A stretch of 64,000 nucleotides of DNA from assembly GCA_023381695.1 (NCBI GenBank), contig JAMCQP010000057.1, positions 2,376-66,375 on the forward strand, written 5' to 3'. The stretch comes from Bacillota bacterium (GTDB lineage: Bacteria > Bacillota > UBA5301 > JAMCQP01). The position numbers and the translations under genes were made by a program. The notes under the pieces were generated by a model, which was given only the letters and a program-made list of their open reading frames with translations, did not search any database and was not told where the DNA came from. Of the stretch, positions 24,818 through 34,117 are shown in pieces. Each line of letters starts with the position of its first letter. The first letter of the stretch is position 1.

Positions 24818-27800
24818 CGCGCGCGCCTCCTTCCCCGGCGGCGCCGGGAGCCTGGGCGCCCGGAATCGCAAAACCCGGAGGCGTGAGCTTTCCCCGGATA
24901 CGGTGGGCGTCGTACCGGCAGATATCCCGGTAGTCGCAGGAGCGGCAATTCCCGTCATCCAGGGGTTTGCATGGGAACCACCCATTCCGCATTCCAGACA
25001 CCCGGCGGGCGGTCTCTTCCTCCGCCCGGCTTAGCAGGGCATTCCACGCCTGAGCATCAACCTGCACCCCGCTCCGGCTGCTCATGCCGGTAAGATCCTG
25101 GCGGTCGCCACGCCAGACGCCGTCGCGCCTGGCCCCCCGTATGGAATAATATGCTCCGCCCGCAGGTTCCTGATCGCGCAGAAAGAACTCCCGGATCGCC
25201 CGGACATACAGGGGGATCTGAAGGTCCGCGCCGGAGAGCATCTCTTTGGGGTTGGCTCCTTTGGACAGCTTATAATCGTAGACGACAAACGGCCCGCCCT
25301 CGCCCGGCCCGCCCTCGCCCGGCCCGCCTTGGCGGGGTGCACCTTCGTCCGGTCCGTCTTCGCCCGACCCACCTCCAGTCGATCGACCTTCGCCCGATCG
25401 GCCTTCGCCGCCATTGACGGGGCAGTCGATGCGATCGATCTTCCCGGCGATCAAAACCCCGCGGATGGCCAGCGGGGAGTCCCCGCTGCGGGGGTCGGCC
25501 ACCTCTCCCGGCCGGGCGGGTCCGAACCGCAGCTCAAGGAAACGCGGCGCCATCCTGCCGCCGGTCTTTTCCACCACCTCCAGATCCGCGTCCAGCAGCC
25601 GGTGCAACAACACCCGGATCCGTTCCTGTTGCAGGTTCCACAACACCGGATGTGTTCCGGCGGGATCTCCACCACCGCCTGCGCTGCTCTCGTTCGTGCC
25701 TGCCGCCCCATGAAAGATCCGGGCGAGGATCTCGTCCATTTCCCGGTGGTATTCCCCGGCTCTGACCGGATCAAGGGGGGCGCCGAGATGCGGCCGGTAG
25801 AAGTCGAACAGCGCCTGGTGGATGATGCTTCCCTCGGTCGCGGGAGGAGCTTCCATCAATGCCTCTTCCGGAGGCCGGAGCCCGAGAACCTTCCTGAAAA
25901 AGAAGCGCATGGGGCACTGGCCGTAATCCTGAATGTCGGAAACACCCAGGATGGCCCCGGGGCCGAATCTCGCCGCCACCGCGCCAACCCCATCAAACCC
26001 GTCAGGCCCGCCAGACCCATCAAACCTATCCAGCCCGTCTGACCTGCCAAACCTGTTCACCCCGCCCAAAACGCCGTCCCACGGGCTGAACTCCCGGCCC
26101 TCCCGCAATTTTTCAATCTGCATCCGGCGTTCCACATCCTCCACCGGATAGCCGGAGGACCCCAGGCGCGCCAGCAACCGGCTCCTGATGACGGGGGAAA
26201 GCAAATCATGGTGGAGAAAGGTCATTCTAGCCAATTCCTCCACGGTGGTCACCTGATCCCAGCTGGTTTGGACCACCGGGCCGGCCCCGGCCACCTCAGG
26301 CGCCGGCCGGCCATTCGCCGCCTCCCCTTCCTCCAGGAACCTTGACGGCAGGTTAGCTCTCCCCGCTTCGCTTTCCACCGGATGACTCAGGTACAAAAAT
26401 CGGCTCGCGGCGCCTGTCGCGGCACGAAAGAGCACTTCCTCCCCGGCGTCGAGCATCGTCCTGTCCGGCACGGGGACGCCGCCCCGGTTAAGCCTCCTCC
26501 GCTCCTCCTCCCCGTACAGCCAGTCGAAACCACCGGCGCCGGGGAATGACCCCTCGACCAGTCCGAGAATGAAGACCGCCTCAAACTCACATCCACTCAA
26601 CTGATCCGCGGGCAAAATTTCCACGCCAGCCCCGGAACCATCCGGCGCCCGCTCCCCCAGAGTAAGGTCCTCCGCAAGGCTGCGCACAACCCCGATATAC
26701 TCAGCAAAATGGATCTTCCGGCCGGCAGCCCCGGCCAGGAAATAGCCCCGCTCCATCTCCTCAAGAAGTGAAACCAGGCGCTGCAAGCCCCGCAGTTCCA
26801 AAGCCAGGGCTCCCAGCTCTTCGCCGCTGGCGCTGGCCACCGCATACCCTCCAAAGAGGGCCTCTTCCACCCCAAGTTCCTCCAGGACGGCCAGGAGCCG
26901 GTGACGATGCTCCTCCACCGTGCCGGGCGCCGCCAGCGAGGCTAAAAGGTCATGCAGCCTCAATACAGCCTCGCGTGCCCTGGCCACGTTCCGGCTCGTT
27001 GCGCCGGGCGATTCCAACTCCGCGGACCACTCCGATACGGGCCGGTTGGAGCGAAAGCGAGCCACCGCCTCTCGCAACGTATCGGGGTCCATTCCGGAAA
27101 AACCGCTCAGGTAGTCCGAAGTTAATAAATCGATCAGCTCTCCGGCTTCACCGGGATCCGCCGCTTCAACCGCGGCGTCGAACAACCTGACTACCAGCCT
27201 GATTACGGGAATCTCCGCCAACCTGACCCGTGAACGGGCCCCCACTCTAACGCCTTCGGCCGCCAGCGCCGCTTTAAGCGGGACAAGATAACCGGCGGGA
27301 TTGCGGTAAACAACTGCGATCCTGTCGGGTTGCGACACCTGACCGGAGCCGAGAAGCCTTTTGATCTCTTTAGCTGCCCATCTGGCTTCGTCTTCCGGCC
27401 TGGCGGCCTTAATCAGCCTTACTTGCCGTCCCGTGGGGATTGCAGGCGTCTCCGATCCGGTTGCAGGTGCTTCCGATCCGGTTGCAGGTGCTTCCGATCC
27501 GGTTGCAGGTGCTTCCGATCTGGTTGCAGATGCTTCCGATCTGGTCGCAGGTGCTTCCGATCTGGTCGCAGGTGCTTCCGATCCGGTCGCAGGTGCTTGC
27601 GATCCGGTCGCCGGCGCCCCGGATGGCTCCGTCCCGGCCAGAACCTCTATTCCGGCGGAACGGAGAACGTTGATCAGCGCTTTCTCCGCCGGGCTGAAAC
27701 GGGCAAAGCCCTCGAAGACGATGGTTTGAACGCCGGCCAGGCCACTTGAAGCGCACAAATCGTTCAACCCGCTCGAGTTCCCACCGCCGGCCCCTTGCAA

Positions 27801-28337
27801 CAAGCGGACGACCTCCCAGATCAGATCCTGGGCATCGAACACACCGCCAGCCGCCAGCGCCCTCTGGTATTCCTCAAAGATCCGGGCCACTTCCCGGTCC
27901 TTGCGCCTCCAGCTCCCGCCGCCCACAATCCCGGTAAATTGCTCAGACGTTGCCCCTGCTTCCTTGAGCTCCGCGATAAAATTTCCCATGGAACGGATAA
28001 AGCCGGAAAACCGGCTCATCCCCTTCAAGTATTGCAGTTCACCCTCAAGGGAACGGCAGGCCTCTTGCAAGAGCACCTGCCGGGTCACGGCGCTGACGGC
28101 CGGCCTTGTGGAACCCATTTCCACCAGAATCCGTTCCACCCAGTGACGTAGCAGATAGACCTGCGGTATACCGCCATCACGGTTGCCGCCATCACGGTTA
28201 CCGCCATCACGGTTGCCGCCATCACGGTTGCCGCCGCCACCGCCCGCCGGCCCCGGAACCGCCGGTCCCTGCCATACCTCTCGAACCCGCTGGCGCATCA
28301 CGTTCTCATTGCCGCAGATGTACATGTACCCGCCCAA
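24807..28337 (-). CDS. addB: ATP-dependent helicase/nuclease subunit B (start uncertain; 5' end looks frameshifted)
   Basis: The C-terminal nuclease domain has YGQCPMRFFF ... GNCRSCDYRDIC (Cas4/AddB-type four-Cys motif). The longest ORF starts at TTG 28337 and has no Walker A. AddB-like N-terminal sequence lies in another frame just upstream (see findings). Confidence 0.8.
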   Translation of the reverse strand: MGGYMYICGNENVMRQRVREVWQGPAVPGPAGGGGGNRDGGNRDGGNRDGGNRDGGIPQVYLLRHWVERILVEMGSTRPAVSAVTRQVLLQEACRSLEGELQYLKGMSRFSGFIRSMGNFIAELKEAGATSEQFTGIVGGGSWRRKDREVARIFEEYQRALAAGGVFDAQDLIWEVVRLLQGAGGGNSSGLNDLCASSGLAGVQTIVFEGFARFSPAEKALINVLRSAGIEVLAGTEPSGAPATGSQAPATGSEAPATRSEAPATRSEASATRSEAPATGSEAPATGSEAPATGSETPAIPTGRQVRLIKAARPEDEARWAAKEIKRLLGSGQVSQPDRIAVVYRNPAGYLVPLKAALAAEGVRVGARSRVRLAEIPVIRLVVRLFDAAVEAADPGEAGELIDLLTSDYLSGFSGMDPDTLREAVARFRSNRPVSEWSAELESPGATSRNVARAREAVLRLHDLLASLAAPGTVEEHRHRLLAVLEELGVEEALFGGYAVASASGEELGALALELRGLQRLVSLLEEMERGYFLAGAAGRKIHFAEYIGVVRSLAEDLTLGERAPDGSGAGVEILPADQLSGCEFEAVFILGLVEGSFPGAGGFDWLYGEEERRRLNRGGVPVPDRTMLDAGEEVLFRAATGAASRFLYLSHPVESEAGRANLPSRFLEEGEAANGRPAPEVAGAGPVVQTSWDQVTTVEELARMTFLHHDLLSPVIRSRLLARLGSSGYPVEDVERRMQIEKLREGREFSPWDGVLGGVNRFGRSDGLDRFDGSGGPDGFDGVGAVAARFGPGAILGVSDIQDYGQCPMRFFFRKVLGLRPPEEALMEAPPATEGSIIHQALFDFYRPHLGAPLDPVRAGEYHREMDEILARIFHGAAGTNESSAGGGGDPAGTHPVLWNLQQERIRVLLHRLLDADLEVVEKTGGRMAPRFLELRFGPARPGEVADPRSGDSPLAIRGVLIAGKIDRIDCPVNGGEGRSGEGRSTGGGSGEDGPDEGAPRQGGPGEGGPGEGGPFVVYDYKLSKGANPKEMLSGADLQIPLYVRAIREFFLRDQEPAGGAYYSIRGARRDGVWRGDRQDLTGMSSRSGVQVDAQAWNALLSRAEEETARRVSGMRNGWFPCKPLDDGNCRSCDYRDICRYDAHRIRGKLTPPGFAIPGAQAPGAAGEGGARDAG
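27441..27625. repeat. In-frame 21-bp tandem repeat (about 9 copies) within addB
   Basis: ggttgcaggtgcttccgatcc-like units encoding (APATGSE/APATRSE)n. Confidence 0.9.
28171..28230. repeat. In-frame 15-bp tandem repeat (4 copies) within addB
   Basis: ccgccatcacggttg repeated four times, encoding (GGNRD)x4. Confidence 0.95.
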
Positions 28338-28586
28338 AGAGCCTCAACTCCTCCGGCATCAGGAAGATCAGTTTCGCTTTGTTCTTCGCCGTAAAAGGAT
28401 CTTCTTCCTGCAGAAGATCATACAACACCCGATGTTGTACATAAAGTTGCAACATGATCTACGGTGTGGCCAGGTACAGTAAATACCCCTCCATTTTGAT
28501 GGCAAGCGGGGGTCAAGAAAAATCTGCCAACCAGCAGGCTCTTATCTCCATATTTTGTGGCGACGATATATCTGTTATGAGAAGAG

Positions 28587-29132
28587 GTGAGCCGCTTGGC
28601 GCTTCGCACCAAAAGCGTTGAAGAAAAGAATCTTCTAACCAGGCTCTTACGTGGAAATTCCTACCCCGGACGGCCCATCCTGCTTACACGGCGCGCATGG
28701 GGTTCTTTTGAGCAAACCGCGGCCCTGGGCGGCCTGTCCGCATTTTTTGTCCATGAAGCAATCGAACCGTGGCAAAGCGCTCTGGAAAGATTTGGCCTGG
28801 CCGGCGTTCCTGATGCCCCTGCCGCTTCAGGTGCTCTGGGTGCTCCCGGCGTCCCTCATGAGCCAGGTACTCCTCGCGAGGTGGAGCAAGAGGAGCAGCA
28901 GCAGCCTCCCCGACAGCCCGACTTCAAAAAGGAGTTAGGGCTCATCTTTCTGGGGCTGGAACTTGAGGGAGCCATCCAAAACGGTTCGGTAATAGAAGTG
29001 CGCGCCATAGAAAAACCCGGCCGCTGGGAGACCGCCATCATCAGCAAAAAGGCGGTCCCCAGAGGACGGGTCTACTTTGCCATCTATAACGCCAATGGGC
29101 AAAAACTCGCCTGGCAGAGCGTCAACCTCTAA
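28587..29132 (+). CDS. Hypothetical protein (181 aa), weakly supported
   Basis: GTG start with a poor RBS. It has a P/A/Q-rich middle and a beta-rich-looking C-terminus (KELGLIFLGLELEGAIQNGSVIEVRAIEKPGRWETAIISKK...). I recognise no family. Confidence 0.35.
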   Translation: MSRLALRTKSVEEKNLLTRLLRGNSYPGRPILLTRRAWGSFEQTAALGGLSAFFVHEAIEPWQSALERFGLAGVPDAPAASGALGAPGVPHEPGTPREVEQEEQQQPPRQPDFKKELGLIFLGLELEGAIQNGSVIEVRAIEKPGRWETAIISKKAVPRGRVYFAIYNANGQKLAWQSVNL

Positions 29133-29234
29133 ACTACCCTCTTCAAACCCTTTAGGGATAGCAGAAACGGCAAAACCCTATGGAGCAAAAAGGAGCGAAG
29201 ATCTAAAGCGTTGAGGAATCTTCGGCTCACGCGG

Positions 29235-31871
29235 TTAAACTCCCGGCTCATCATCCTCATTGCGTGGAGCATCAAAATTCAGGGTTTTTCTATAGGGGTC
29301 GAAGCGTTTCAACCGCAGCGCGTTGCTGACCACCGAGACCGAGCTGAAGGCCATGGCCGCCCCGGCCAGAACTGGCGAGAGATAACCCAGCGCCGCCACC
29401 GGGATGCCCAAGCTGTTATAGAACAGCGCCCAGAAGAGATTCTGCCGGATGTTGCGCATGGTGGCCCGGCTCAAGCGAATGCTGGCCACCACCCCCCGCA
29501 GATCCCCACGCATCAGGGTGATGTCCGCCGCCTCCATGGCCACGTCCGTTCCTGTGCCGATGGCCATCCCGATATCCGCGGTGGCCAGCGCCGGAGCGTC
29601 ATTGATCCCGTCGCCGACCATCGCCACCACTCTTTCCGCATTGCGCAGCTTCTGCACCTCGTTGGCCTTATCCTCCGGCAGGACCTCCGCCAGAACATGC
29701 TGGACGCCCACCTGCCTGGCGATAGCCCGGGCCGTCCGCGCGTTATCTCCGGTAATCATCACCACGTCAATGCCCATCCGCTGGAGTTCCGCCACGGCCC
29801 CCGCCGAGTGCTCCTTCACGGTATCGGCGACGGCGATGACCCCCGCCGCCCCGCCGTCCACCGCCATCAACATCGCGGTCTTGCCCGCCTCCTCCAGGCT
29901 TTCGATCTGACCCGCCAGCACCTGGATATCCACCCGGCTCTCGTCCATCAGCCGGCGGTTGCCCAGCAGCACCCGCTTGCCCTCGACCCGCGCCCGGATG
30001 CCCTGGCCTGGGATGGCCGCAAACTCCTCGGGCTCCGCCAGCTCCATTCCCCGTTGTTTGGCGCTGTCCACAATCGCCTCGCCCAGCGGGTGTTCCGACC
30101 CTTTTTCCGCGATCGCGCCCCAACGGAGCAGAACCTCTGGTGTGAAGGCTGTCCGCCCTCCGGCCGCTCCGGAAGACCCGGCAGACCCGGCCACCAGCAC
30201 GTCGGTCACCTCGGGCTCCCCCTTGGTGATGGTGCCCGTCTTGTCCAGGACCACGGTATCAATCTTGTGCGCCTTCTCCAGATGTTCCCCGCCCTTGATC
30301 AGGATTCCGTTTTCCGCCCCCTTGCCGGTCCCGACCATGATCGACGTGGGCGTGGCCAGCCCCAGCGCGCACGGGCAGGCAATGACCAGCACCGCCGTGG
30401 CATGCAGCAACCCCAGTGTAAAGTTCCTCGTCAAAAAGTACCAGGCCACAAAAGTGACCGCTGCAATCCCGATCACCACCGGCACGAAATAGGAGGAGAT
30501 CACGTCCGCCAGCCGCTGGATCGGCGCCTTGGACCCCTGAGCGTCCTCCACCACCTTGATGATCTGCGCCAGCACCGTATCCTTGCCGACCTTGGTGGCC
30601 TCAAACTTCAGGAGGCCGTTCTTGTTCATGGTGGCCCCGATCACCTCATCCCCGGGCCCTTTGTCTACCGGGATGCTCTCGCCGGTCAGCATGGACTCGT
30701 CCAGGGCGCTGGCCCCCTCCTTGATGATCCCATCCACGGGCACCTTCTCCCCTGGCCGGATCACCACCAGCTCCCCGACCCGGACCTCCTCCACCGGGAT
30801 ATCCTGTTCCTGGCCGTCGCGGATCACCCTGGCCGTCTTGGCCTGCAGCCCCATGAGCTTCTTGATGGCCTCCGAGGTCCGCCCCTTGGCGATGGCCTCC
30901 AGCATCTTGCCCAGGATGATCAGGGTGATGATGATCGCGCCGGTTTCGTAGTACATGTCCATCCGGCCGAAGTACCGCCCCCAGAAGGTTACCGCCACGC
31001 TGTAGAAATAGGCCGCCGACGTCCCCAGCGCCACCAGGGTGGACATGTTGGTGGTGCCGTCGTGCTTGAGGTTGATCCAGGCGTCCCGGTAAAACTGCCA
31101 GCCCGCCATAAACTGGACCGGCGTGGCCAGAGCGAACTGGAAGTATTTATTGTATAAGAACGTGGGGATGTAAGGCCGGAGCTTGAAGAGATCTGAAAAC
31201 ATCAGCGACAGAAGGGGCAACGAGAGAACGGCGGAGAAGATGAACAGGGTCATCTGCCGGCGGATCTCCCGTTCCCTTTCGGCCCGCTCCTGGTCCGCGT
31301 CGTAGCGTTCTCCCACATTCGCGGCCTCGTAGCCAAGATCCTCGATGGTCTTCTTGAAATCGCCCACGCCCACCTGCGAGGTATCGTATTCAATGACCGC
31401 CTTCTCCGTGGCCAGATTCACCGAGGCCGTCACCACCCCCGGCATCTTGCGCAGCCCTTTTTCGATCTTGGCCGAACAGGAGGCGCAACTCATGCCGCTG
31501 ACCTTCAGTTCCACCTTGTCCAGGGCGACCCCATACCCCAGATTCTCCACGGTTCTGGTGAACTCCTCCACGGAGACCTTCTCCGGGTCGTATTCCACGA
31601 CGGCCTTTTCCCCGGCGAAGTTGATCACCGCCCTGGAGACCCCATCCAGCTTGTTGAGGCCCTTTTCAATCTTGTTGGCGCAGGAGGCGCAGGACATCCC
31701 CTTGATCTTGAGATGAACCTTCGCCTGGGCGTTAGCCGGGCCGTTGGCCTGGTCGTTGGCTTGTCCGTTGGCCTGGTCGTTGGCTTGTCCGTTGGCTTGT
31801 CCGTTGACCTGGCTGGCCCTGTCTCCCTGGTTTTGGCTGTCGAAACCCGGTCTTGAGCTATCGGAACTCAT
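29235..31871 (-). CDS. copA: Copper-translocating P1B-type ATPase with two N-terminal HMA domains
   Basis: Start ATG 31871 after GGAAGGGGAG. It has two GMSCASC metal-binding motifs, the CPC motif ([11 protein letters not shown]), DKTGT, and GDGINDAP. Confidence 0.95.
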   Translation of the reverse strand: MSSDSSRPGFDSQNQGDRASQVNGQANGQANDQANGQANDQANGPANAQAKVHLKIKGMSCASCANKIEKGLNKLDGVSRAVINFAGEKAVVEYDPEKVSVEEFTRTVENLGYGVALDKVELKVSGMSCASCSAKIEKGLRKMPGVVTASVNLATEKAVIEYDTSQVGVGDFKKTIEDLGYEAANVGERYDADQERAEREREIRRQMTLFIFSAVLSLPLLSLMFSDLFKLRPYIPTFLYNKYFQFALATPVQFMAGWQFYRDAWINLKHDGTTNMSTLVALGTSAAYFYSVAVTFWGRYFGRMDMYYETGAIIITLIILGKMLEAIAKGRTSEAIKKLMGLQAKTARVIRDGQEQDIPVEEVRVGELVVIRPGEKVPVDGIIKEGASALDESMLTGESIPVDKGPGDEVIGATMNKNGLLKFEATKVGKDTVLAQIIKVVEDAQGSKAPIQRLADVISSYFVPVVIGIAAVTFVAWYFLTRNFTLGLLHATAVLVIACPCALGLATPTSIMVGTGKGAENGILIKGGEHLEKAHKIDTVVLDKTGTITKGEPEVTDVLVAGSAGSSGAAGGRTAFTPEVLLRWGAIAEKGSEHPLGEAIVDSAKQRGMELAEPEEFAAIPGQGIRARVEGKRVLLGNRRLMDESRVDIQVLAGQIESLEEAGKTAMLMAVDGGAAGVIAVADTVKEHSAGAVAELQRMGIDVVMITGDNARTARAIARQVGVQHVLAEVLPEDKANEVQKLRNAERVVAMVGDGINDAPALATADIGMAIGTGTDVAMEAADITLMRGDLRGVVASIRLSRATMRNIRQNLFWALFYNSLGIPVAALGYLSPVLAGAAMAFSSVSVVSNALRLKRFDPYRKTLNFDAPRNEDDEPGV
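31741..31812. repeat. In-frame 12-bp tandem repeat (about 6 copies) in the copA 5' region
   Basis: ccgttggcctgg/tcgttggcttgt units encoding [28 protein letters not shown]. Confidence 0.85.
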
Positions 31872-32069
31872 CGTGTTTCTCCCCTTCCTGCAATTTAGAA
31901 TTCCCTCCCATGGCCTTTTGAATCTTGCGATACCCGGCAAAAGAAGGTTCCCACAACCGGTCCACAGAAATTAACCTGCACAAACTTTTTTATTGGAAAG
32001 TGGGGCTTGATGAGTAAAAGACTCGCCTGGCTACGGCGCAAGTATTTTGCTACATAAGGAGGAGAGAAC

Positions 32070-32396
32070 TTGAAAGAGTTTTTCCAGGAAGTTTATAAGA
32101 TCGTTGCTCGGATCCCCAGAGGAAAAGTGGCCACCTACGGGCAGATCGCCGCCCTTCTGGGAAATCCCGGAAGCGCAAGAACGGTAGGCTGGGCGATGTG
32201 GGAGGCCCCCGCCCACATGGGGTTGCCTTGCCACCGGGTTGTAAACCGGTTAGGGGCAATGGCGCCAGCACACACCTTTGGAGGCGAAGGCATCCAGCGC
32301 GCCATGCTGGAGAAAGAAGGAGTCACATTCAAGCCAAACGGATGCGTTGATTTGGAAAAACATTTGTGGGACTGGGAGGCGGATTACCACGCCTGA
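32070..32396 (+). CDS. MGMT-family protein (methylated-DNA-protein-cysteine methyltransferase DNA-binding domain only)
   Basis: TTG start after AAGGAGGAGAG. 108 aa with IPRGKVATYGQIAALLG and the active-site-like PCHRVV. Confidence 0.8.
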   Translation: MKEFFQEVYKIVARIPRGKVATYGQIAALLGNPGSARTVGWAMWEAPAHMGLPCHRVVNRLGAMAPAHTFGGEGIQRAMLEKEGVTFKPNGCVDLEKHLWDWEADYHA

Positions 32397-32410
32397 GTTG
32401 CCCAAGATAT

Positions 32411-33376
32411 TCAATCTCGCCCATCAGTGAAATGGAATAAACTCATTTGATTATCAATTGCCTTTTTAGAACGTAATCGATCGTTGGATGCAAGCTTCGT
32501 GATGATCGGATCAACATAAGGTTTCACGGTCTTTTCGTACTTTAGACGGTCTTCGGGTTCGAAAGCCGGCAAATAGCCAATTTCCCTCAAGTAGTCAATC
32601 ATTGGCCATAAGGAGTCGGGGGCCAGGTTGACCAACCAGTTTCCCAGGATTGCTGGGTGGTGGCTGGTTATGCACATGAATGAAGTGAATTCGTACAATC
32701 CATACTTCCCATTCTGATTCTTCTTTACGCATCTCACTTGCTCTCCAAGTTGGGCGGCAAGTCGCTGAACAAAAGGATTCCTTCCTGCTACGGCCCATTC
32801 ACCCTGCAGAATGATCAATGTCGGCTCCAAGATCCGAATCTCATCGACCAGGTATTCCAGGCAATTATCTCTCATTTTGGGGGTGTCTTTCACCGCAGAC
32901 ACATTATCGGCAGTATTCTTAAGTTGGAAGGAACATCTCAATGCATCACTCAGGGCGTAGCTCGCATAAACATACTCGGTTTCCAGCTCAAATATCCGTT
33001 GAAGGGTGATCAAGGTGCCTTTTATGTGGTTGTTCTTTCTTTTCCAGTTGATGCAATTAAGTACGTTGAGAGTGTTTACATCGAAATTTGGAGACGTACC
33101 GTACGGTGTGTTCACCATGTAACCCGTCTCTTTGCCAACACTCAGTACTCTTATGGGGGTGTTTTTATATTCAACATCGTAAAAAGGCATCAGACCAGCA
33201 GTCCCACCCAGATACTGCTGAATAGTCCCCTCTTTTTGAGAGTCCAGACAGTCGGGGTATTTTGGGCACGAAAAGTTGTCCGCGTTCAGTCCCCGGGTGT
33301 CATAGTATTCTTTTAGAGCTCTGTAGCGTTCCTGAGTTCTGGCCATATCGAACTTCCAGTTCCCGTTTACAATCAC
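32411..33376 (-). CDS. Hypothetical protein with a motif arrangement resembling the uracil-DNA glycosylase superfamily
   Basis: GTG start after AAGGAGGAG. 321 aa. IRVLSVGKETGY resembles UDG motif A (GxxPG position). TLIILQGEWA looks like a central strand. FMCITSHHPAILG resembles motif B (HPS/HPA). The gene is markedly AT-rich compared with its flanks. Confidence 0.4.
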   Translation of the reverse strand: MIVNGNWKFDMARTQERYRALKEYYDTRGLNADNFSCPKYPDCLDSQKEGTIQQYLGGTAGLMPFYDVEYKNTPIRVLSVGKETGYMVNTPYGTSPNFDVNTLNVLNCINWKRKNNHIKGTLITLQRIFELETEYVYASYALSDALRCSFQLKNTADNVSAVKDTPKMRDNCLEYLVDEIRILEPTLIILQGEWAVAGRNPFVQRLAAQLGEQVRCVKKNQNGKYGLYEFTSFMCITSHHPAILGNWLVNLAPDSLWPMIDYLREIGYLPAFEPEDRLKYEKTVKPYVDPIITKLASNDRLRSKKAIDNQMSLFHFTDGRD

Positions 33377-33531
33377 CGGTCTTCTCCTCCTTTAAAAAGG
33401 CTGTTTGTAGCTATCCTTCTGCTTTAGATAATTGGGCGGGAAGCCGATAAAACAACCGGCCAACATATAAGAGACAGCTGTATAAGAAACACTGCAGTTC
33501 TCTGCAATTTATGCCAAGGAGGAAAAGAATC

Positions 33532-33996
33532 GTGAAGAAATGGATCGCGTTAGTAACCCTGGCCACTCTCCTGGTCGCATCGGCCCCCGTGTTTGCCGGA
33601 GACACTTATAACGACGGCTGGCTCGCCGGCCAGATGGCGGGACAATCCCGCGGCACTTTCTTCGCCGGCCTGGGCGGGTTTGCCAGCGGGCTATTGTTCG
33701 GACCTGTGGGCGGTGCGGTGGCCATCGGGATAAGCGCCATTGGCGCACCCCAGCCCCCGGTTGATTTGCAGATGATGAGCCTGGAAGGAAAATCGCCAGA
33801 ATACCGGCAAGGTTTCTTTCAGGGATATGGGAAAAGGGCCTGGTCGAAGAAATTCTGGACAACCACAACCTGGGCCGCTGTCGGAACACTGATCAGACTC
33901 GGCGCGGAAGTCGCCAAAAAGAAGTCTTCCACAACGCCAACAACTTCGGCCCTGCCGGCGCAAGCCCCCGTGGTCAGTTTTGGGGTTCGCTTCTGA
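33532..33996 (+). CDS. Secreted or membrane-associated hypothetical protein
   Basis: GTG 33532 lies 9 nt after AAGGAGG. Signal peptide VKKWIALVTLATLLVASAPVFA, then a Gly-rich hydrophobic segment. Confidence 0.55.
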   Translation: MKKWIALVTLATLLVASAPVFAGDTYNDGWLAGQMAGQSRGTFFAGLGGFASGLLFGPVGGAVAIGISAIGAPQPPVDLQMMSLEGKSPEYRQGFFQGYGKRAWSKKFWTTTTWAAVGTLIRLGAEVAKKKSSTTPTTSALPAQAPVVSFGVRF

Positions 33997-34044
33997 GTAA
34001 CATTTGACAACGCGTTGCCAATAATGAAACATTTTCCCCGCCTA

Positions 34045-34073
34045 AAGCCCTGTTGTGCAGGGCTTATTTCTTT
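34045..34073 (+). terminator. Rho-independent terminator
   Basis: AAGCCCTG-ttgtg-CAGGGCTT followed by atttcttt. Confidence 0.7.
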
Positions 34074-34117
34074 CCCCCGCGTTTTCGTCGGCGGATCAGG
34101 GGGCATTCACCGGGCTT

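Noticed and set aside
27441-27625. Regular 21-bp repeat array that at first glance looks like a CRISPR or minisatellite locus
   Set aside because: There are no unique spacers between the units. The period is a multiple of three and is in frame within addB. There are no cas genes. It is a coding tandem repeat.
31872-32069. Search for a CsoR or CopY operator upstream of copA
   Set aside because: I found only loose TGTG-containing half-sites, no convincing palindrome, and no csoR, copY or copZ gene nearby.
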